Assembly (NCBI GenBank): GCA_035258465.1 | Contig: DATEVP010000139.1 | Coordinates: forward strand, 1-49,829 | DNA length: 49,829 nt | Origin: Hyphomicrobiaceae bacterium | GTDB lineage: Bacteria; Pseudomonadota; Alphaproteobacteria; Rhizobiales; Hyphomicrobiaceae | Reading direction: 5' to 3' | Shown: positions 43,475 to 49,829 of the stretch, piece by piece | How the letters are laid out: every line of letters starts with the position of its first letter | Position numbering within the stretch: position 1 is the first letter of the stretch | The notes under the pieces: generated by a model | Seen by the model: only the letters and a program-made list of their open reading frames with translations | Database searches by the model: none | Told to the model about the DNA's origin: nothing | Program-made: the position numbers and the translations under genes

Positions 43475-44530
43475 ATGAACCGCCATGCTGTTGTCCTCGC
43501 CCTTTTCTCGGCCGCCCTGTTCGGTGTCTCCACGCCAGCAGCCAAGGCGCTCCTTGGTTTGATCGATCCGACCATGCTGGCCGGTCTTCTGTACTGCGGC
43601 GCCGGTGTCGGCGTTGCCATCGTGCGGCGCCTCGGCAGATCGGTGATCTCGCAGCCTGGTGCGCCCGAGGTCGCACTCGGTCGCAAAGACATGCCGTGGC
43701 TTGCGGGTGCAATCGGGATCGGAGGCATACTTGGTCCGCTGCTGCTGATGGCTGGGCTTGCTCGCACCGACGCCGCCGCGGCCTCCCTTCTCCTCACGCT
43801 GGAAGGGGTCGCGACCGCCCTGATGGCGTGGTTCATCTTCCATGAGAACTTCGACCGGCGCATCGCTCTCGGCATGGCCTGCCTGGTCGCGGGAGCGATT
43901 GTGCTCTCCTGGTCTGGCCAGCCGACGTTGTCGGGCCTGTTAGGGCCGCTGGCGATCGTCGGGGCCTGTACCGCCTGGGGCCTCGACAACAATCTGACGC
44001 GCAAGGTCTCGCTGGCCGATCCGCTGCAAATCGTCGAACTCAAAGGCTTGATTGCCGGCCCCGTCAACCTTGGGCTTGCTTTTTCCATAGGTGAGCCGTT
44101 GCCCGGCCCTTCGGCGGTAGCGCTCGCCGGCCTGGTCGGATTCTTCGGCTACGGCGTAAGCCTCGCGCTTTTCGTTCTGGCCTTGCGGCATTTGGGAACG
44201 GCGCGGACGGGCGCCTATTTCTCGACCGCACCGTTCATCGGAACGCTGGCCTCCGTCTTCGTCTTGCGCGAAGCGCTGACGCTACAGCTCGCCGCGGCCG
44301 GCGCACTGATGGGCATTGGGGTCTGGCTCCACCTGACTGAAGACCATGACCACGAGCATGAGCATGAACCGCTGGCGCATGCCCATCCGCATGTCCATGA
44401 CGCGCACCATCAGCACGTGCACGCGCCGGATGATCCACCGGGCGAGCCGCACACGCATTGGCATCGCCACGTGCGGATGCGCCACAAGCATCCGCACGTG
44501 CCCGATATGCACCACCAGCACAAGCACTAG
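43475..44530 (+). CDS. EamA/DMT-family transporter with a ~66-residue His-rich C-terminal tail
   Basis: ORF 43475..44530 has a hydrophobic two-EamA-repeat core. The tail is HLTEDHDHEHEHEPLAHAHPHVHDAHHQHVHAPDDPPGEPHTHWHRHVRMRHKHPHVPDMHHQHKH. Confidence 0.85.
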   Translation: MNRHAVVLALFSAALFGVSTPAAKALLGLIDPTMLAGLLYCGAGVGVAIVRRLGRSVISQPGAPEVALGRKDMPWLAGAIGIGGILGPLLLMAGLARTDAAAASLLLTLEGVATALMAWFIFHENFDRRIALGMACLVAGAIVLSWSGQPTLSGLLGPLAIVGACTAWGLDNNLTRKVSLADPLQIVELKGLIAGPVNLGLAFSIGEPLPGPSAVALAGLVGFFGYGVSLALFVLALRHLGTARTGAYFSTAPFIGTLASVFVLREALTLQLAAAGALMGIGVWLHLTEDHDHEHEHEPLAHAHPHVHDAHHQHVHAPDDPPGEPHTHWHRHVRMRHKHPHVPDMHHQHKH

Positions 44531-44760
44531 GCGGTTGGCCGGCTCCGGCGCGAGTGCCAGGACGACAGCAGGCCGGCAGCAAGCACGCCCCAGACGAGCA
44601 GGCCCAGATCCTCGGGCACGGCAAGCAAGATCGCCGCTGTCGACCCGATGCCAGCCCAGATCACCGGAATGGCGATGAGCCACAGCGGCACGGGACCTGC
44701 CGCCAACAACAACAACCCGAACGTGCATATCGTCGTCGGACATGGCGCAACGCCGAACAT
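44527..44760 (-). pseudogene. Short membrane-protein ORF (77 aa), possibly the C-terminal remnant of a longer gene
   Basis: ORF 44527..44760 (MFGVAPCPTTICTFGLLLLAAGPVPLWLIAIPVIW...) overlaps the EamA stop by 4 nt. A separate 29-codon hydrophobic ORF (MNLKTAVIAAISMAAIACVLLRRFIAITW*) lies just upstream in another frame, which suggests a disrupted gene. Confidence 0.3.
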
Positions 44761-44876
44761 CGGAGCGCGGGATCACCACGTGATCGCTATGAACCTTCTG
44801 AGCAATACGCAGGCAATCGCAGCCATCGAGATGGCGGCTATCACGGCGGTTTTCAGGTTCATAGGTCGCTCAAGGC

Positions 44877-46172
44877 TCAAAGTTGCCTCCGTGTCACCGG
44901 CAGCCGGCTCGCCAGCACCTTGTCGATGCGACGGCCGTCGAGGTCGACAACCTCGAAACGCCAGCCAGAGACTTCAACTTGCTCGCCAGCGGTAGGAAGG
45001 CGCTGCAAATGGGCGAGCATGAAGCCGGCGACCGTCTGATACTCACGCCGCGCAGGCAGCGTGATGCCAAGCTGGTCGGCCATCTCGTCGGCCGGCATCC
45101 AACCAGCGAGTAACCACGACCCATCATCGCGCGGGACGGCCGCCGGTTCTGCCGTATCGGCGTCGGAGCGAAAGACGCCGGCAATCGCTTCCAGAATGTC
45201 GGCTGGCGTGACGACGCCTTCAAAATGCCCGTACTCGTCATGGATCAGGGCCATCGGCACCTCGGCATCGCGCAGCATCTCGAGCGCATCGAGCGCGTCC
45301 GTTCTGTCTGGAATGAAGGGCGCCTTGCGAACATAGGCTCTTACGTCGAGTGGCTTTCCCGACAGCAGTACCGCCAGCAGCTCGCGTGTCGTGACCACGC
45401 CTATCAGCTTGTCGGGCTCGCCCTCGCCAACCGGCAGGCGCGAGTGAGTGGTGCTGATCACCCGCTGACGAATGGTGTCATCGCCAGCCGTGATGTCCAG
45501 CCAATCCACTTCGGTGCGTGGCGTCATGAGGCCGCGTACCGGACGATCACCGAGCCTGAGCACACCAGAGATCATGCGGTGCTCGCCGGTTTCGAGAACG
45601 CCGGCACGTTCCGCCTCGGCTATCAGCATCTTTATCTCTTCCTCGGTCACCGTTGTCTGGCGTTGCTGCTTCTGCCGAAGGAGCCAGAACACCGCCTTGG
45701 TCGAGATATCGAGGAGCCAGACAGCGGGGGCCGCGACACGGGACAGTGTCGTCATCAATGGCGCCACCGCGCAGGCGATGGTCTCTGCATGGCGCAACGC
45801 CAGGTTCTTGGGCACCAGCTCGCCGACGATCAGCGACAGGTAGGTGATCGCGGAGAACACGCCGACGTAGGCGAGCCATTCAGCGGCGCGTTCGGGCACA
45901 CCTTGATCCAGAAGGATACCGGTAAGGTCGGCGCTAAGGGTGGCGCCCGAGTAGGCGCCGGCGGCAAGTCCCACGGCCGTGATGCCGATCTGGACAGTCG
46001 ATAGGAACCGGCTTGGATCGGATGCGAGCGCCAGAGCGCGGTTGGCGCCTCTGCGGCCCTCTTGAGCGAGAGACCTGAGGCGCGAGCGCCGGGACGAAAC
46101 CACCGCAAGCTCGGAAAGCGCGAAAAGCCCGTTAAGGGTGATGAGAACCAGCACAACGGCGATTTCGAACAC
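44877..46172 (-). CDS. CNNM/CorC/TlyC-family protein (DUF21 + CBS pair + CorC_HlyC)
   Basis: ORF 44877..46172 has a GTG start. The N-terminus MFEIAVVLVLITLNGLFALSELAVVSSRRSRL is typical of DUF21, and the C-terminus is ...GEQVEVSGWRFEVVDLDGRRIDKVL. Confidence 0.9.
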   Translation of the reverse strand: MFEIAVVLVLITLNGLFALSELAVVSSRRSRLRSLAQEGRRGANRALALASDPSRFLSTVQIGITAVGLAAGAYSGATLSADLTGILLDQGVPERAAEWLAYVGVFSAITYLSLIVGELVPKNLALRHAETIACAVAPLMTTLSRVAAPAVWLLDISTKAVFWLLRQKQQRQTTVTEEEIKMLIAEAERAGVLETGEHRMISGVLRLGDRPVRGLMTPRTEVDWLDITAGDDTIRQRVISTTHSRLPVGEGEPDKLIGVVTTRELLAVLLSGKPLDVRAYVRKAPFIPDRTDALDALEMLRDAEVPMALIHDEYGHFEGVVTPADILEAIAGVFRSDADTAEPAAVPRDDGSWLLAGWMPADEMADQLGITLPARREYQTVAGFMLAHLQRLPTAGEQVEVSGWRFEVVDLDGRRIDKVLASRLPVTRRQL

Positions 46173-46983
46173 GGCCGTGAGGCCGGTTGCTTGCGCTTGG
46201 CCGGGCCTCTCCTCTCGCTAAGCTGAGTCAGCCCCCGAGAAACGTTTGGAGAGAAGATTGGGGACTAACTTGTTGGCCTTGCCAATTTGCCACGAGCACA
46301 GCGGCACAGCAATGCTCGTCCCGACGGACCGCTCTTGACTGCGCATTGCGCGGAGATACCCTTCCCTCGCCCGCACTCATACCAGCCTTCGTGGACGGTG
46401 CTGAGCCGAGCGGTCAACGTATTTCCCTGAAATGTCCCTGGGGTGCCATGCAGTAGAGCGCTGGCACCCCCTCGCTCATGGTCTCTCCGCACAGCTCGGG
46501 CCTGTGGTTTAGCCCACCAAGCTTGGCCGATGGATTGTAATGCCTCCCCCGTGTTGGTCACGGCAAACACCTCGCTCAGATTCGCGATCACGGTTGGATC
46601 GTGCGCGATGGCTGATCCGACCCGAGACTATCGTAGCGTGGCGTTTCTGAGGCACAATTGCAGGCCGAGCCGGGAGTATGGAAAATGAGAAGCGCCGCTA
46701 ATGTTTCTGCGGCCGGCACCGCTAAGTTGGCGCCCGGCATGGCGCCCAAGCGCCCAGTTTCCGCTAGACAGTCTCTGACGGTGAGGTTTGACCGACGCTG
46801 TCGAAAAAGGGCTCGAGAGAGGCCGCAAGACCCGCTCAGCGCCCCAATGCCACTCCCGCCTTTCGGCCGATCCGGAAGTGGATCAAGCTGTTAGCGGTAC
46901 AGCGGCACCTTTGTGTGGCTGTTTGAATCATCGTCAGCACCATCTAACATCATCGGCCGATTCCGGCAGAACGCGAGGTAGGG

Positions 46984-47640
46984 ATGCTCGGCTGGTTCCA
47001 GGCCCTGATGCCCAAAGAGGCGCGCTTCTTCGATCTCTTCACGAAACACGCTACGATTGTCGTGTTTGCGGCTGAGGCGATGCAGGGATTGCTACGGGGC
47101 GGTGACAAGATCGAGCATTACTGCAAACAGATTGTCGAACGCGAGACCGAAGCCGATGAGATTACGCGTCAGGTCCTGACGGCTGTGCGCCGCACCTTCA
47201 TCACGCCGTTCGATCGCACCGACATCAAGGACCTCATCAGCTCAATGGACGACGCCATTGACCAGATGAACAAGACCGCGAAGGTCATCACCTTGTTCGA
47301 AGTGCGTAGTTTCGATCCACAGATGCAGGAGCTGGGCGAGATCGTTCTGCAGGCAGCGAACCTGGTACTGGAAGCGATGCCGCTGCTCAGTTCGATCGGC
47401 AAGAATTCCAATCACCTCAACGCCATCACCGAGAAGGTCATCCGCATCGAGGAGCACGCCGATCATCTTCACGATCAAGGCCGCAAGGCGCTGTTTCTCG
47501 CCAATCGGCAAGGAAACGCGCAAGGCGATACGATGGGGTTCATCATCGGGACCGAACTCTACGATCACCTCGAGAAGGTGGTTGACCGCTTCGAGGACGT
47601 CGCGAACGAGATCAACGCACTTGTCATCGATCATCTCTGA
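46984..47640 (+). CDS. DUF47/PhoU-like Pit accessory protein
   Basis: ORF 46984..47640 (MLGWFQALMPKEARFFDLFTKHA...) lies directly upstream of the phosphate transporter gene. Confidence 0.9.
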   Translation: MLGWFQALMPKEARFFDLFTKHATIVVFAAEAMQGLLRGGDKIEHYCKQIVERETEADEITRQVLTAVRRTFITPFDRTDIKDLISSMDDAIDQMNKTAKVITLFEVRSFDPQMQELGEIVLQAANLVLEAMPLLSSIGKNSNHLNAITEKVIRIEEHADHLHDQGRKALFLANRQGNAQGDTMGFIIGTELYDHLEKVVDRFEDVANEINALVIDHL

Positions 47641-47655
47641 CGGGTGCATTGGGCG

Positions 47656-48656
<1,001 letters not shown>

Positions 48657-48660
<4 letters not shown>

Positions 48661-49088
48661 GCAGAAAACCGGCGCCGAACCTTCAATATGCAGCCCTGCC
48701 TTACCGCCAGCGAGCTGATGGCGTCTTTGAAGTCATGTTGATCACATCGCGCGAAACGAGGCGCTGGATCATTCCCAAGGGCTGGCCAGTGCAACTGCTG
48801 GCGCCGCACGAATCGGCGGCGCGCGAAGCATTGGAGGAAGGGGGCCTGGTCGGGCGGATCGGCGAGCATTCGATCGGTATCTTTCATTATGACAAACAGC
48901 TTCCCGACGGGTCCGCGGTGTCCTGCACGGTGAGAGTATTTGCGCTCGAGGTCGAACAACAATTGACCTCTTGGCCCGAACAGGACTGGCGAAGCACGCG
49001 TTGGTTCACATTGCAGGAGGCCGCCGGCGCAGTGAAAGAGCCGGAGCTACGCGCGATAATGGAGAATCTGGCCGCGCTTCTGGCTTAG
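48657..49088 (+). CDS. NUDIX hydrolase (143 aa)
   Basis: This is the in-frame internal start of shadow ORF 47649..49088 at ATG 48657, overlapping the pit stop (ATGA). The Nudix-box region is IPKGWPVQLLAPHESAAREALEEGGLVG. Confidence 0.8.
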
Positions 49089-49104
49089 GATATGCGTTCA
49101 TCTG

Positions 49105-49200
49105 CTGGCACGCTTTCCCCATGAGCCATTTCCGGAACGTCACAACCTTAGGCCGGTCGGCGGTCGCTTTGGGGCAAACGATGTAATGGGCATAGGGAAC
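49105..49200 (-). pseudogene. Remnant of the C-terminus of a LysR (GcvA-like) regulator
   Basis: The minus-strand translation PYAHYIVCPKATADRPKVVTFRKWLMGKA resembles the conserved C-terminal end of GcvA-type LysR regulators (...LVCP...RPKV.AFR.WL...). No HTH-containing N-terminal part lies upstream. Confidence 0.3.
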
Positions 49201-49343
49201 CCGGCGCCCGGCGCTTACAGAATGGGAAGTAGACGTTTCAGTCCGCGAAGAAGTCCGCCGACGTTCCGCCTGTTGGATAACATATTGGAAACATTGGCGA
49301 TCCAAGCAGGATGAAACTTTGAACACGTATGTTCTTGTAGTAC

Positions 49344-49829
49344 CTACCTGATTTTGGCCAACACTGCGGCGGTACGCTCGCATCGTGGACAAGCGGCGCC
49401 GTGGCAGGCACGGCACCAAGCCTTGCCGCAGGAGGGGCAGGGAGCCTGTCCGCCCAAGTCGGTAAGATGGAGATGGTCGTCGCAGACCAGGCGCGCGCGC
49501 TCCAGCCCGAGGCCCCAATCGCACGGCGGCGTCTCCATCATGCGAGCCGCGGGATGCCAATCGATAGCCACGATGCGTTGGCCCTTGCGTCTTTTGATCA
49601 GCACCTCGTAGCGATGCACCGGGGCGAAGAGCACCAGCCCCTGCACCCAATCAACCGTCACCCGCAAAGCGTAGTTGTGACGCAGATCATCGAGCTTGGC
49701 GGCATATTCGCGCTCGATGGCGGCGACCCGCATCGTCTCGCGCTTGCGGTCAGACTCCGCCTTGTCGCCCGAAGCCGACCGGAGCCCGGCAAGCTTCATC
49801 TGCGCGCTCCGGCGCAAATCGTCGTGATA
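49344..49829 (-). CDS. C-terminal part of a larger protein ending in a Cys-rich zinc-ribbon-like module; N-terminus outside the window
   Basis: ORF 49344..49817 remains open to the window edge. It has a charged helical segment (RETMRVAAIEREYAAKLDDLRHNY), beta-rich segments, then CPSCGKAWCRACHGAACPRCE. No family recognised. Confidence 0.55.
   Translation of the reverse strand, partial: YHDDLRRSAQMKLAGLRSASGDKAESDRKRETMRVAAIEREYAAKLDDLRHNYALRVTVDWVQGLVLFAPVHRYEVLIKRRKGQRIVAIDWHPAARMMETPPCDWGLGLERARLVCDDHLHLTDLGGQAPCPSCGKAWCRACHGAACPRCERTAAVLAKIR

Noticed and set aside
44330-44530. DNA-level tandem repeat or CRISPR-like periodicity in the CAC/CAT-rich stretch, and likewise in the CGN-rich stretch at 10099-10150
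   Set aside because: These are in-frame homo-amino-acid-rich coding tails (His-rich and poly-Arg). They have no repeat-spacer structure. I saw no CRISPR array anywhere in the window.
46700-46983. Pho box or riboswitch upstream of the DUF47-pit operon
   Set aside because: I saw only short imperfect CTGT-containing motifs (e.g. CTGTTAGCGGTACAG). There is no convincing direct-repeat PhoB box and no recognisable riboswitch architecture by eye. A computational scan is needed.

Overview
High-GC window with Rhizobiales/Bradyrhizobium-like codon usage. All family calls come from reading the translations by eye; no searches were run. I count about 50 protein genes. I found no rRNA, no intact tRNA, no CRISPR array, and no recognisable transposase or intact integrase. 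Most long ORFs in the track are antisense shadows of the real genes, as expected at this GC content. Modules in order: (1) 1-3.2 kb: copper-resistance-type cluster with a Tat-exported multicopper oxidase (runs off the edge), a TolC-family lipoprotein and two small secreted proteins. (2) 3.6-7.1 kb: GntR/HutC and AraC regulators, a HIBADH-type dehydrogenase and a 2Fe-2S ferredoxin. (3) 7.4-10.8 kb: a lower-GC islet bracketed by two related 3'-half tRNA fragments, carrying a NodU/CmcH carbamoyltransferase and two small secreted proteins, one a Trp/Arg-rich cationic peptide with a poly-Arg tail. (4) 11.1-22.9 kb: a sulfoacetaldehyde hub (xsc, pta, TauE-like exporter) joined to an acylating aldehyde dehydrogenase, a succinyl-CoA-synthetase-like alpha/beta pair, a citrate-synthase paralogue and a TRAP transporter. 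(5) 22.9-28.0 kb: a biotin carboxyltransferase without a fused carrier domain, a divergent stand-alone BCCP, no biotin carboxylase, and a NitT/TauT-type ABC importer. (6) 28.3-30.9 kb: a polytopic membrane-anchored patatin-like lipase convergent with a secreted protein carrying 10 Cys in its last ~50 residues. (7) 31.8-34.8 kb: tctCBA. (8) 35.1-42.7 kb: a lower-GC, translationally coupled operon (GT2, flippase-like protein, two GT-C-like polytopic proteins, two paralogous small membrane proteins) convergent with a membrane desaturase. (9) 43.5-49.8 kb: EamA transporter with an extreme His-rich tail, CNNM/CorC, DUF47-Pit-NUDIX, and a zinc-ribbon protein running off the 3' edge. Several gene remnants (PhnE-like, LysR-like, frameshifted membrane protein) mark this as a decaying accessory region. 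My best candidates for something undescribed are module 8, the ADP-forming-ligase version of the sulfoacetate/sulfoacetaldehyde route in module 4, and the split biotin enzyme in module 5. None of these can be proven from sequence reading alone.
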